Under the pieces are notes generated by a model that searched no databases, was not told the origin of the DNA, and saw only the letters and a list, made by a program, of their open reading frames with translations. DNA of 63,687 nucleotides, filler included, from Octopus bimaculoides (taxonomy: Eukaryota), in the NCBI RefSeq assembly GCF_001194135.2. It is 11 parts of 8 records of this genome, joined end to end, with 100 filler letters (N's around TTAATTAATTAA, not from the genome) between each part and the next. Parts side by side here need not be neighbours in the genome. Positions count along the whole stretch, not along the records: positions 1 to 3,904 come from NC_068994.1; positions 4,005 to 12,581 come from NC_068997.1; 9 more parts are not named here. One strand, 5' to 3'. Made by a program: the position numbers and the translations under genes. Positions 1 to 12,681 of the stretch are shown one piece after another. How positions within the stretch are numbered: position 1 is the first letter of the stretch; every line of letters begins with the position of its first letter.

Positions 1-354
1 TATATATATATATGCATGTGTATGTACATATATACACATGCATATATACATACATATATATATACATATATATATACACACACATGGACACGAACACATA
101 TACATATATGTGAGTGTGTGTATGTGTATGTGTGTGTGTGCATGTGTATGTAATCGAATAGTCACCACGCTAAACTCCAATCCATATACTACCCTATGAA
201 TGTCACAAAACAATATTGACCATATTGAATGACAGATTAACAAGAATACATTCACAAGACATGTTTCAACATGACACGCTTTACTGACATGTAGTCGGCC
301 ATGACACCGACAACATGTGAAGGTTTAATTTTCTGTCTGTGGTTTTATAGATTT

Positions 355-506
355 CGTGGCTGTGTGGGGGAGAAACAAGCTTCGCATCTTCATGGTTTTG
401 GGTTCAGTCCCACTGTGTGGCACCTTGGGCAACTGTCTTCTGCTGTAAGTCATGTTGACCAGTCTTATGAGTGGATTTGGTAGATGGAAACCGAAAGAAG
501 ACCATC
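355..506 (+). mobile_element. tRNA-headed SINE family A, 5' half
   Basis: cgtggctgtgtgg...gggttcagtcccactgtgtggcaccttgggcaactgtcttc...gagtggatttggtagatggaaac; the same sequence recurs more than 10 times in the window. Confidence 0.85.
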
Positions 507-513
507 ATATATA

Positions 514-602
<89 letters not shown>

Positions 603-605
<3 letters not shown>

Positions 606-762
606 CATGGCTCAGTGGTTAGAGCATCGAGCTTACAATTGTGAGGTTGTGAGTTTGAATCCCGGGCTGGGCTGCGTGTTCGAATCCCGGACCATGCAAG
701 CCAGCACAGATAGATGGACATTAAATCATTGTTGATGATAATGATGATGATGATGATGATGA
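603..762 (+). mobile_element. SINE tRNA-like head joined to a (GAT)n-tailed 3' end
   Basis: A-box tggctcagtggttagagc and two B-box-like motifs (gagtttgaatccc, gttcgaatcccgg), followed by catgcaagccagcacag...ggacattaaatc and a (GAT)n tail. Confidence 0.65.
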
Positions 763-1865
763 TATATAAAGCCATAAATGACAGAGAAATAGTTTGATGA
801 AATCTTATTTAACAATAAGAAAATCCAAATATCAAAACAAATTGTTTCGTAACTTAAAAACATGTAAATAATTTATGTCATTATATTTCACAATAAATAA
901 ATTACTTACATGTCTGCATTAATGACAACTGAAATTTTCTTATTGTTAAATAAACTTTTATCAAATTATTTCCCCTGTCATTTAGAACTTTATACACTCT
1001 GCATCATTTTCTTTTGTATCATACTGTATATTTTATATCTGTTGTAGAATGATACATTAAGGAGATTTTTTTATGACTACTATCAGGTTATTGGAATCCA
1101 TATATTGTGCCTTGAAATTATATACATAAATATATATATATATATATTCAACTTCCAACTGCCAATCTGCGTGTGGCCATCGTTGTCTTCTGTCTTCATC
1201 CCCCACCCCCATTATCTTATCACTCTGTTTTCCCCATCTCACTCTCACTGAGATACTTAACTCTCTTCCCTGTTTCCTCCCATCAAACTCAAACTATTTC
1301 CTTTCACTCTGCTGGTCATCACTTCTCTTCTGCTTACACTCTTCGTGACATTTGCTTTGACAGAATGAAGGCAACATAACAAAGAGGAATACTGTTCAGT
1401 CTTGCTGATGACAAGGCAACCACACTAATGTTGGTGCCATGATAAAATATACTGAAAAATACTTGATATACTATGTGAAGTAGTTAGCAAATGAAGGGAG
1501 ACAATGAAGGACCCTTAGGTTGTGCCAAAGATATAACAACTTCATAATAAAATGCACACAGTACATGCAACAAAGTATTTAGCATTAGGAGAAGCATCGA
1601 GCCAAAATTTATCTGACCCATCTAGGAGAACAATAACACAAAATAGTAAAATGAGAAGTGGTGCATGAGATGTGATGATCTGTCCAGCCCATACCAGCAT
1701 GGAAAGAGGATGTAAACCATGACAATGGTAAGCTAGCATCTTTGCACACATTCACATGCTCAGGCACTAAAGCAGACATATAATCAATATGTAAGACTAT
1801 CAGAAGTTCAATGAAGCATTTAACTATCTAAACATCAAAGTGCACTCGCTGCCTCTCTCCTTCAG

Positions 1866-1892
1866 GCTTTCATTCTCCTTGTTCAAGCCATA
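1866..1892 (+). CDS. Speculative exon, signal-peptide-like AFILLVQAI (phase 0-0)
   Basis: ctctctccttcag|GCT...ATA|gtgaat; joins in frame to 1952, but the implied intron is only 59 nt. Confidence 0.25.
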
Positions 1893-1951
1893 GTGAATTC
1901 CTTTTCAATTCCCAGAAATCATTACTTCAGTTTTTTTTAAATGATCTTCAG

Positions 1952-2029
1952 GATGCTATGAACTGTGCCACGTTTGTGTTTCGTCGAGCCAAGCAAAAAA
2001 TCCAAGACTTCCTTCACAACACAATTGAA
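1952..2029 (+). CDS. Candidate internal exon DAMNCATFVFRRAKQKIQDFLHNTIE (phase 0-0)
   Basis: ttttttttaaatgatcttcag| acceptor, GAA|gtaagt consensus donor, 78 nt open, unique sequence. Confidence 0.65.
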
Positions 2030-2216
2030 GTAAGTTATTTCCACTTTATTGAAGCATATATATATTATATATACATACATACATACACACACACAGATAC
2101 ACATATATATATATGTATATATGTATATGTATGTATGTATATGTATATATGTATATGTATGTATAGATGGATGGATGTATGCATGTATGTATGCATGCAT
2201 GTATGTATGCATGTAT

Positions 2217-2601
2217 GTACGTTCTTAATCAGTGTATACATGTTCTCAGCTTTTCCACACATGTCAAGTGTTTCCAAAATCCACGAATGCAGCAACATGT
2301 CATAAGCCTTTTTAAAGTCTATCCATACCATACATAAGTTTCTTTGGTACCGTTTACAGTTCACTATAACCTTGTCTATCACAAGGTGGTTCTTGGTGCC
2401 CTTGGATCGTTTTCAGCATCCCTTTTGTTCTACTGGCAGAAGATTGTTTTCCGCAAGAAACATATATATTTTCTCTGCAAGGGTACCTGTTGAAACTTTC
2501 CATAGGAGGTTAAGACAAGCAATGGGTCAGTAATTGTCAACCTCATTGCCCTTTGACCGATCTTTCATTAACAATGTTGTTCTTTCCTCTACCATCCACT
2601 C
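2217..2601 (-). pseudogene. Decayed reverse transcriptase fragment of an RLE-type (R4/Dong-like) non-LTR retrotransposon
   Basis: Translates EWMVEERTTLLMKD...NY*PIACLNLLWKV...EQKGC*KRSKGTKNHLVIDK...WIDFKKAYDMLLHSWI; two TGA stops lie where Arg is expected. Confidence 0.9.
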
Positions 2602-2681
<80 letters not shown>

Positions 2682-3388
2682 NNNNNNNNNNNNNNNNNNN
2701 NNNNNNNNNNNNNNNNNNNNNNNNNNNNNNNNNNNNNNNNNNNNNNNNNNNNNNNNNNNNNNNNNNNNNNNNNNNNNNNNNNNNNNNNNNNNNNNNNNNN
2801 NNNNNNNNNNNNNNNNNNNNNNNNNNNNNNNNNNNNNNNNNNNNNNNNNNNNNNNNNNNNNNNNNNNNNNNNNNNNNNNNNNNNNNNNNNNNNNNNNNNN
2901 NNNNNNNNNNNNNNNNNNNNNNNNNNNNNNNNNNNNNNNNNNNNNNNNNNNNNNNNNNNNNNNNNNNNNNNNNNNNNNNNNNNNNNNNNNNNNNNNNNNN
3001 NNNNNNNNNNNNNNNNNNNNNNNNNNNNNNNNNNNNNNNNNNNNNNNNNNNNNNNNNNNNNNNNNNNNNNNNNNNNNNNNNNNNNNNNNNNNNNNNNNNN
3101 NNNNNNNNNNNNNNNNNNNNNNNNNNNNNNNNNNNNNNNNNNNNNNNNNNNNNNNNNNNNNNNNNNNNNNNNNNNNNNNNNNNNNNNNNNNNNNNNNNNN
3201 NNNNNNNNNNNNNNNNNNNNNNNNNNNNNNNNNNNNNNNNNNNNNNNNNNNNNNNNNNNNNNNNNNNNNNNNNNNNNNNNNNNNNNNNNNNNNNNNNNNN
3301 NNNNNNNNNNNNNNNNNNNNNNNNNNNNNATATATATAAATATATATCACATTTTGGGAAGGACAAACTGCTTCATTGATTTCAATAG

Positions 3389-3503
3389 GTCAAAAACTGG
3401 TTTGCTGCATATTTGGTTAACAAAAACAACAAGGGACCTTCTGTGCTAGTCAGGCAAAGCAAATATGACAAGGCATTTTTGTTTGAAATCACCAATTTAT
3501 TCA
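3389..3503 (+). CDS. Candidate exon starting VKN (phase 0); 3' end uncertain (3399 or 3503)
   Basis: ttcattgatttcaatag|GTC AAA AAC; frame stays open as VKNWFAAYLVNKNNKGPSVLVRQSKYDKAFLFEITNLF; donors are weak (TG|gtttgc at 3400, A|gtttct at 3504). Confidence 0.35.
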
Positions 3504-3699
3504 GTTTCTCAATGATGCTTTACAATTGTTTGATGATATACATACATACACACATATATACATACATACATACATACATACATACACAAATACATATATA
3601 CATACATACATACATACGTGCATACATACTTGCATGCATACATGCAAACAAGAAAAAAGAGGCCAGGTAGAATTTTGGATAATTCTTTATATATCATCA

Positions 3700-3904
3700 T
3701 CATCATCATCATCATCATTGTTTAACATCCGTTCTTCCATGCTGGCATGGGTTGGACCGTTCGACTGGGGTCTGGGAAGCCAGGAGCTGCACCAGGACCC
3801 AATCTGATCTAGCAGTGTTTGTACAGTTGGATGCCCTTCCTAACGCCAACCACTCCAAGAGTGTAGTGGGTACTTTTTACATGCCACCGGCACAGGGGCC
3901 AGAG
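3700..3904 (-). mobile_element. 3' part of a (GAT)n-tailed SINE/RTE-like element
   Basis: Reverse complement contains gtggttggcgttaggaagggcatcca...ccaacccatgccagcatggaagaacggatgttaaac plus (GAT)n; related copies at about 1380-1730 and 32620-32810. Confidence 0.75.
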
Positions 3905-4138
3905 NNNNNNNNNNNNNNNNNNNNNNNNNNNNNNNNNNNNNNNNNNNNTTAATTAATTAANNNNNNNNNNNNNNNNNNNNNNNNNNNNNNNNNNNNNNNN
4001 NNNNTATATATATATGTATATATATATACATATATATATATACATCTATCTATCTGTATACATATATGTATATATATATGAATATATATATCCAGATATA
4101 TATATATATACTTGTGGTCAACTTTCTTTTCACTCCAG

Positions 4139-4149
4139 CCGCTGTGAAG
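4139..4149 (+). CDS. Speculative 11-nt microexon (phase 2-1, GC donor)
   Basis: actttcttttcactccag|CCGCTGTGAAG|gcaaga; bridges 3389-3399 to 5318 giving VKNCRCEDSDF; may instead be part of the adjacent repeat. Confidence 0.2.
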
Positions 4150-4440
4150 GCAAGACGAACTACTAGCGTTCTACATCGGACTCGCGATTGGCCGTACGGC
4201 TTTTTTATGTTGTTTTCACTGTCCAATTTTCCTGTCTTGTTTTACGTCTGCCACCTTGGAATCCTGTGTTTAGTTGGTTGATCCACTACTCAGGAAGAGA
4301 CTATTCTAGAGTACGTCCTGCCTTATCTTCGAAGCGTCGAGTTAGAATAGAGGCAGCTGTTGAATAATTCCAAGTGTCTTTCTGTTTTCCTATGTGTTCG
4401 TTCCGTTGTCTGTAGTTCATTGTTCTAACGTCCTGTACCC
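4150..4440 (+). repeat. Probable Penelope-like-element-derived repeat with a decayed hammerhead-like motif
   Basis: actc-aggaaga-...-gaagcgtc-gagt at 4288-4342 (stem I actc/gagt; core mutated). Confidence 0.4.
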
Positions 4441-4517
4441 TGATATGCATCTATATACACATGTAGATGAAAGTATATACATATATGTGTGTATACATGC
4501 ATATATATTTTTTGTAT

Positions 4518-4574
<57 letters not shown>

Positions 4575-4828
4575 NNNNNNNNNNNNNNNNNNNNNNNNNN
4601 NNNNNNNNNNNNNNNNNNNNNNNNNNNNNNNNNNNNNNNNNNNNNNNNNNNNNNNNNNNNNNNNNNNNNNNNNNNNNNNNNNNNNNNNNNNNNNNNNNNN
4701 NNNNATATATAGACATATATACAAAATAACCAATGCTCATCATGAACACAGAATTTATTAAACATAAACACACACACACACACACACACACATACTCACA
4801 CACACACACACACACACATGCATACACA

Positions 4829-4862
<34 letters not shown>

Positions 4863-5079
4863 CATACACATACATGCACACATTCACTGAGATGTCTACA
4901 TCTATCTGCAATAGCAACAGGCAGCAGCTATTCCCGTTGGTTATATTCACCATTTTCCTTAATCCGGGTCTTTTCATGTGGCAGCCATTTACTATTATAA
5001 TCATTATTATTTTTGTTGTTGTTGCTATTATTATTAGTAGTAGTAGTAATAAATGTAGTGGCAGTAGTAGTAGTAGTAA

Positions 5080-5152
<73 letters not shown>

Positions 5153-5174
5153 TATTGTTTTATTGCTGCCGTCG

Positions 5175-5236
<62 letters not shown>

Positions 5237-5317
5237 GATGTTGTCATGGTGGATTTGATTCTTCATTAAACTTCTCCAATTTTCGGTTATTCATTTAAAA
5301 TCTAAACTGGTTTCTAG

Positions 5318-5344
5318 ACAGCGACTTCGTAATAAAAATTAATG
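5318..5344 (+). CDS. Candidate 27-nt microexon (x)SDFVIKIN(G), phase 1-1
   Basis: ggtttctag|ACAGCGACTTCGTAATAAAAATTAATG|gtaagt; only one frame open; length is a multiple of 3. Confidence 0.55.
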
Positions 5345-6374
5345 GTAAGTTTTTGCATTTCCANNNNNNNNNNNNNNNNNNNNNNNNNNNNNNNNNNNNN
5401 NNNNNNNNNNNNNNNNNNNNNNNNNNNNNNNNNNNNNNNNNNNNNNNNNNNNNNNNNNNNNNNNNNNNNNNNNNNNNNNNNNNNNNNNNNNNNNNNNNNN
5501 NNNNNNNNNNNNNNNNNNNNNNNNNNNNNNNNNNNNNNNNNNNNNNNNNNNNNNNNNNNNNNNNNNNNNNNNNNNNNNNNNNNNNNNNNNNNNNNNNNNN
5601 NNNNNNNNNNNNNNNNNNNNNNNNNNNNNNNNNNNNNNNNNNNNNNNNNNNNNNNNNNNNNNNNNNNNNNNNNNNNNNNNNNNNNNNNNNNNNNNNNNNN
5701 NNNNNNNNNNNNNNNNNNNNNNNNNNNNNNNNNNNNNNNNNNNNNNNNNNNNNNNNNNNNNNNNNNNNNNNNNNNNNNNNNNNNNNNNNNNNNNNNNNNN
5801 NNNNNNNNNNNNNNNNNNNNNNNNNNNNNNNNNNNNNNNNNNNNNNNNNNNNNNNNNNNNNNNNNNNNNNNNNNNNNNNNNNNNNNNNNNNNNNNNNNNN
5901 NNNNNNNNNNNNNNNNNNNNNNNNNNNNNNNNNNNNNNNNNNNNNNNNNNNNNNNNNNNNNNNNNNNNNNNNNNNNNNNNNNNNNNNNNNNNNNNNNNNN
6001 NNNNNNNNNNNNNNNNNNNNNNNNNNNNNNNNNNNNNNNNNNNNNNNNNNNNNNNNNNNNNNNNNNNNNNNNNNNNNNNNNNNNNNNNNNNNNNNNNNNN
6101 NNNNNNNNNNNNNNNNNNNNNNNNNNNNNNNNNNNNNNNNNNNNNNNNNNNNNNNNNNNNNNNNNNNNNNNNNNNNNNNNNNNNNNNNNNNNNNNNNNNN
6201 NNNNNNNNNNNNNNNNNNNNNNNNNNNNNNNNNNNNNNNNNNNNNNNNNNNNNNNNNNNNNNNNNNNNNNNNNNNNNNNNNAGAGAGCACAAAGATGAAA
6301 GCCGGTTTGATTTCCTGTATGCATTTTTTATGAAACATTATGTGTTCTACTATAAGTAATGGTATGCAGGAATA

Positions 6375-6426
<52 letters not shown>

Positions 6427-6475
6427 ATCACACACACACACACGCCCATACAAACACAATCACACACACATATAT

Positions 6476-6650
6476 TGCTTGACAACCGTTGTTGGTGTGC
6501 TTACGTTCCTGTAATCTAGCGGTTCGGCACAATGGAACGATAGAATAAGTACTAGGCTTTAAAATATGTCCTGCTCTCGATTTGTTCGAGTAAACCACTA
6601 AAGGCGGTGCTCTAACATGGCCAACGTCAAATGATTGAAAGTAGAGGAAT
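6476..6650 (+). mobile_element. SINE family A, 3' half
   Basis: gcttgacaaccg...gcggttcggc...gatagaataagtactaggctt...aaggcggtgctc. Confidence 0.8.
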
Positions 6651-6699
6651 AAAGTTATATATATGTGCTTATACGTCTAGATACATATATGTGTATATA

Positions 6700-6960
6700 G
6701 GGAGAATTCACAGAATAAAAAAACAAAAGACGAAGACAGGTGGTGTAGAAAACAAACAGATGTATTAGTATAACGCTCGGGAAGTAAAAAAGTCTTTAAC
6801 GTTTCGAACCTACGCTCTTCTTCCACAGAAAGAAACAAGGAGAGCAACAGGAAGAGAGAAAAAGGAAATGTGTAGTGGCTAGCGATCTATCATGGCGAAT
6901 GCCGTACAGAAAACGACAATAGGAATAAACAGAAAGTACAAAAAGTTTAAAAAGTATAAA
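6700..6960 (-). repeat. Penelope-like-element-derived repeat with a minimal hammerhead-like motif
   Basis: Minus strand 6793-6833: tcttt ctgtgga agaa gagc gtag gttc gaa acgt t aaaga; related copy at 57110-57245. Confidence 0.55.
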
Positions 6961-7079
6961 AAGAATTTTTACATAAAGTTCAAAAGGTTCAAAAGCTTCA
7001 GACGTCTGTGTGTGTGCGCGCGCGTGTGAATGCGCATTGTCTGGCTGCGGCAACTGCTACTAAGTGAGGAAAATGAGAA

Positions 7080-7086
7080 TTAATAA

Positions 7087-7117
<31 letters not shown>

Positions 7118-7322
7118 AAACATAATAATAATCCTTTCTACTATGGGCACAAGGTCAGAAATTCGATTACATCGACCCCAGCACTCAACTGGTACTTATG
7201 TAATCGACCTCAAAACCAATGACAGGCAAAGCCGTCCTTGGTCGAATTTGAACTCAGACCGTGAGGACGGACGAAATGTAGTTAAGCATTTCGCCCGGCG
7301 TGCTAACGATTCTGTCAGCTCG
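7080..7322 (-). mobile_element. tRNA-headed SINE family B
   Basis: Reverse complement of gagctggcagaatcgttagcacgccgggcgaaatgcttaa...gtaccagttgagtgctggggtcgatgtaatcga with a simple-repeat tail. Confidence 0.8.
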
Positions 7323-7337
7323 ATAAATGATGAAGAC

Positions 7338-7373
<36 letters not shown>

Positions 7374-7376
7374 AAC

Positions 7377-7434
<58 letters not shown>

Positions 7435-7531
7435 TTGATGATGGTGATGATGTTGATGATGATGATGAGGAGGTGGAGGAGGAGGGGAGCATGGGGAGCA
7501 GGAGGAGGAGGACGTCGACGACGATGAAGAC

Positions 7532-7582
<51 letters not shown>

Positions 7583-8503
7583 GGTGGTGGTGGTGGTGGT
7601 GGCATTGGTAGTATGTGTAGTATTAGTATTAGCGACAGAACTTCTAGCCGTCGTCGCCGTGATAGTAGTAGAGCAGAAGCGGTAGTGGTGTTAGCAATGA
7701 TAGTAGTCGTTGTATTCGTGGTAGCAGCAGTGGTTGTCACTCTCGGAAACTTTTCAAGTTTCTAAACACAAAATACAATAACAACGTCCAGCTTCAATGA
7801 TTTGTAAGCCTATCTTCCCGTCTTTCCCATTGCGCCTCTGTCAGGCTGTCAGCCTGTCTGCCTGTTTGTCTTCCTGGTACTTACGTACGTATGTATGTAG
7901 GCATGTATGTATGTAGGTATGTATGTATGTGTGCATGTATGCATGTATGTATGTTTGTTGATTTGTCTGTCAATCTGTTTACCTGTCAGAATATATTTAC
8001 CGATCTGTCCGTCTACCTGTCTTTTTGCGTGTATACACACACGCACAAACACACACACACACACATACACACACATACACAGACACACACACACACACCG
8101 ACACACACACACACACATACACAGACACACACACACACACCGACACACACACACACACATACACAGACANNNNNNNNNNNNNNNNNNNNNNNNNNNNNNN
8201 NNNNNNNNNNNNNNNNNNNNNNNNNNNNNNNNNNNNNNNNNNNNNNNNNNNNNNNNNNNNNNNNNNNNNNNNNNNNNNNNNNNNNNNNNNNNNNNNNNNN
8301 NNNNNNNNNNNNNNNNNNNNNNNNNNNNNNNNNNNNNNNNNNNNNNNNNNNNNNNNNNNNNNNNNNNNNNNNNNNNNNNNNNNNNNNNNNNNNNNNNNNN
8401 NNNNNNNNNNNNNNNNNNNNNNNNNNNNNNNNNNNNNNNNNNNNNNNNNNNNNNNNNNNNNNNNNNNNNNNNNNNNNNNNNNNNNNNNNNNNNNNNNNNN
8501 NNN

Positions 8504-8565
<62 letters not shown>

Positions 8566-8699
8566 ACTTTAAATTAGTACACAAAGAATGGTATATTGGA
8601 TCAACAGCAAAAGTACTTCAGATATATAGAGTATTCACAATTGCGAGGACGATTTTATCAGATGATTTCAAATCAAGTTAATATCTTCATAGAATTGTC

Positions 8700-9420
8700 A
8701 TATGGACAGGTAAGCATGGGAGAGATAAAAAAATATACATATAGAAAGCATAGATAACAATGAAACACAGAATATGATATCACATAAGCAGAAATATCAC
8801 ACACGGGGCAGGGTACATCATAGAAGTATATATGGAAATATGACACTGGCGGCAATGAAACAGATGAAAAATATCACAACAGTGAAAATATCACATGGCA
8901 TGTATTGCAGACGAAGCTATCATTGTGAATGTATTGCAGCAATGGAAAATAACATAGAGGGACATATATTGACGAATATATCATATTGATGGCAATATCA
9001 CATAGGTATATCACATTGATAGAAATATAGTATAGATGAAAATATTCACAATGGTGGAAATATCACATGAGGATGAATATATCACTTTGATGGCAAATAT
9101 CATAGCAATGTTGGTATCATATAAATGAGAATATCACGTAGACGGAAAGAAAAATATTGGTGGAAATATCACGTTGATAATGATGTATAGATGACATAGA
9201 TCACGTTGAAGGAAATATCCACAGATGTTAATAGTATATTCATAGAAATATCACGTAGATGTTGATGTAAATATCGCATTGATTGAAATATCGCACTGAT
9301 AGAATGATCACATACGGGAATATCACATAAATGGCAATATCACAAATAAGGTTAGTATGAAATAAATAGAAATATCCCATGGTTGATGACTATATCACAT
9401 AGACGAAAATATGATGCTGA
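8700..9420. repeat. Cryptic degenerate minisatellite (GAAATATCACATTGATG-like, about 18-20 bp)
   Basis: Roughly 20 or more recurrences of (a/g)aatatcac(a/g) variants at short spacing. Confidence 0.7.
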
Positions 9421-9679
9421 TGAAAAAGCTTCCATCTTCAGGATGGTTTGTCGGTCAATTCACACCTTTTATCACTGTCTCTCTGTCTTTCTCTTGTGTA
9501 CGTACTCTCTTGTTCTCTTTCTCCTTATCTTTCTGCATGCTTCTGATCCGCCATGTTATTTTCCTGGATACCATTTGAGTGGTGAGGATGCGAAGATGAT
9601 GTACACGTATCAATTGCATAGTCCAGGATTCTGGATAGTATAGATACATATATAAATGGAATCTTTTGTATTGTTAATG

Positions 9680-10071
9680 TTATGAATGGTATGGCTGGCA
9701 TAGAAGTCTACATCAGTCCTCGACTTTGGATGGTTTGGTAGAATAGATCGACTTCTCTGCATCATAGATGGTTTGAATGGTGTAGACCGGTTAGATTGCA
9801 GGATTGGTTCTCCAGATGGGTATGTGCATGTAGAGAAGATAGTATGTTTGGTAATAATGCTTAGATCGCTCCACAACTTTGGACGGTATGGGTAAATGAA
9901 ATTGGCTGCATGGTGTAAATGTTATAAATTGCTACATGGTGTAAATGTTATAAATTGCTGTTTCACTTTTTGCTTCAGATGGTACGTACGTATGTATGTA
10001 TGTTTATGCATGTTTGTATGAGTGTATGTATGTACGTATATGTGTGTATGCATGCATGTATGTATGTATGT

Positions 10072-10137
<66 letters not shown>

Positions 10138-10460
10138 CAAAATGTCTGTCCAATGGATGGTATGTATGGCATATATGCCAAAAGCATTCTTCAACATTAG
10201 AGGGCATCCATCGAATCATAGATTGCTTGTATGGTATATCTCCTTAGATCAGTCCTCAACTTCGGAATCGTATGGATGAAAAGATCAAATCCTCTCTATC
10301 ATGATTGGTGCGAATGGTATAGTTTCCTAGATAAATCCTGTATTTCGGATGGTATGGATGAATAGATCGAATTTTCCGTATCATTCATGGATGGTATAGA
10401 CTCCTGGCTTAGTCCTCAACTTCGGATGGTATGACTGCACACATAGATGGACCTCTGCTT
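9680..10460. repeat. Degenerate tandem repeat of about 80 bp, interrupted by microsatellites
   Basis: Recurrent tcagtcctcaacttcggatggtatggatgaatagatcga...catagatggtttgaatggtatag. Confidence 0.65.
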
Positions 10461-11333
10461 CGACTGGACTGCTTCTTCTCATCTCATCTCATCTGTTGTT
10501 TGTGTTGTTCTGTTCAGACAACGTTCTATTTCTGATATATTCTGTTGTTTCTTCGTCTCTTGACTACTGTTCTGGCCCTCTTCTTGGGTTGGGTCTGCAA
10601 TGGTCTCTGGCAAGCTATCAAATATTTCTTTGCGTCTTATTCTTCTTCTTCTCCATCAGCTTCTTCTTTTCCTTCTTTTTCTTCTTTTTCTCAAACAAAC
10701 ATTTCAAAAGAAGAAAAGAAAGGAAAAGAAATACAGAAATAAACGAGATAAAAGAAAAAAAAATAATAATAATAAAGAAGCACAAAACAAAAAAATAAAA
10801 ATAACCAATAAATAAATGGTTTTGGCCCTAACCTGTCCCTACCACACCCTGAACTGGAAGAAGAACAACACGACGAAGAAGAAAAAGAAGAACTGGTAAG
10901 GAAAGAAATCACTGGCAGTTTTGATTTATTCCTACCATTCTCGCTCTAACACGCTCCTTATATCGCCGGATAATAAATTTTCTTTCACTTTTTATTCCGT
11001 CTCTTTCACTTTCCCTTGTTCCTTTCTGTCTTTCCTTCCTTCTTTCTTTTCTTTATTGCTCTATTTTCTTTTCTTTTTCCTACTTTTTTCTTTCTTTTCC
11101 TTTCCTTTGGTTTCTTTTAGTTTGTCGTTCTTTCTGTCTTTCTATCTATCTTTCTTCTCTTATATTCTTCATCTTCCCCCATCCTTACCATCTTTCTTGT
11201 CTTCTTTCTTTCTTTCTTTCTTTCTGTCTATTCTGTCTGTACTTCTTTCTTTCCTTTCTTTATTACTCATTATTTATCTCTTTCTTCCTTTTTTTCTTCC
11301 ATTACTTTTCTACCTCTCTCTCTCTCTCTCTCT

Positions 11334-11417
<84 letters not shown>

Positions 11418-12681
11418 TTCTTTTTCCTTCATTATATCTATTTAACTATCTATCAATCGTTCTTTCTTTTTCTCTCTCCCGCTCTTTCTTTCTTTTTCTC
11501 TCTCCCGCTCTTTCTTTCTTTCTTTCTTTCTTTCTTCCTTTGTTTCTTTCTTTCTACACTGCTCTTCCTTCCCCTCCCCTTTTATCTTGTCTACCTTATT
11601 TTCATCTATTATTGGCTGCTGTTGATGTCATCATCATCATCATCATAATCATCCTTATCATGATTTTTGTTGAAGTCATTGCCGTTATTATTGACGTCCA
11701 TGGCGATGATGGTGTTGTTATTATTGTTGATGTTGCTCCCTGTAGATATTTCATAGGTTGTTGCTGACGTTGCTGNNNNNNNNNNNNNNNNNNNNNNNNN
11801 NNNNNNNNNNNNNNNNNNNNNNNNNNNNNNNNNNNNNNNNNNNNNNNNNNNNNNNNNNNNNNNNNNNNNNNNNNNNNNNNNNNNNNNNNNNNNNNNNNNN
11901 NNNNNNNNNNNNNNNNNNNNNNNNNNNNNNNNNNNNNNNNNNNNNNNNNNNNNNNNNNNNNNNNNNNNNNNNNNNNNNNNNNNNNNNNNNNNNNNNNNNN
12001 NNNNNNNNNNNNNNNNNNNNNNNNNNNNNNNNNNNNNNNTCTCTCTCTCTCTCTTCCTTTCTTTCTCACTCGCTTTGCCAACTCCCCACCCCCCACTTCA
12101 CAGCCATTTCTACGTCTTTATTACTATCTTATCCTTGTCGCTATTGTTGATGTTGCTCCCTGTAGATATTTCATAGGTTGTTGCTGACGTTGCTGCTGTT
12201 GTCAATGTCCTACTTGTATGTTCCTTTATATTCTATTTTCTCCACCTGTCCTTCATATCATACACACACACACATTACGCATACACATATATACAGGCAT
12301 ATATATACATATACATACAAGCTGATATGTGTATAATCTTAAGTACGTACCTGTATGTGTGTGATTTTGTGAGAGCTCATGTGTGCATCCTTATGTGTTA
12401 TGCGTATATGCTGGAGGATTTTCAATATCGTTTGGTTGAGGATGCTCACGTGCTTCTGTGTGCAGGTAGATGGTCGGTAGGTAAAGTTTACATCCATCCA
12501 TGGACGCATACATATATATATATATTTGTGTGTGTGAGTATATTTATATATATATATATATACATATATATTTATATATATNNNNNNNNNNNNNNNNNNN
12601 NNNNNNNNNNNNNNNNNNNNNNNNNTTAATTAATTAANNNNNNNNNNNNNNNNNNNNNNNNNNNNNNNNNNNNNNNNNNNN

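Noticed and set aside
603-690. Possible tRNA gene
   Set aside because: Only A/B boxes are present; no full cloverleaf; SINE-derived.
3949-3960. TTAATTAATTAA between 44-N runs, repeated ten times (3949, 12626, 32542, 34506, 47861, 50544, 53842, 55750, 60871, 62430)
   Set aside because: Identical 100-bp N/linker/N blocks with stops in all six frames are an artificial scaffolding spacer. Distances across them are not real.
11720-12195. About 55-bp direct repeat on both sides of a gap
   Set aside because: Cannot be separated from an assembly artefact; no associated structure.
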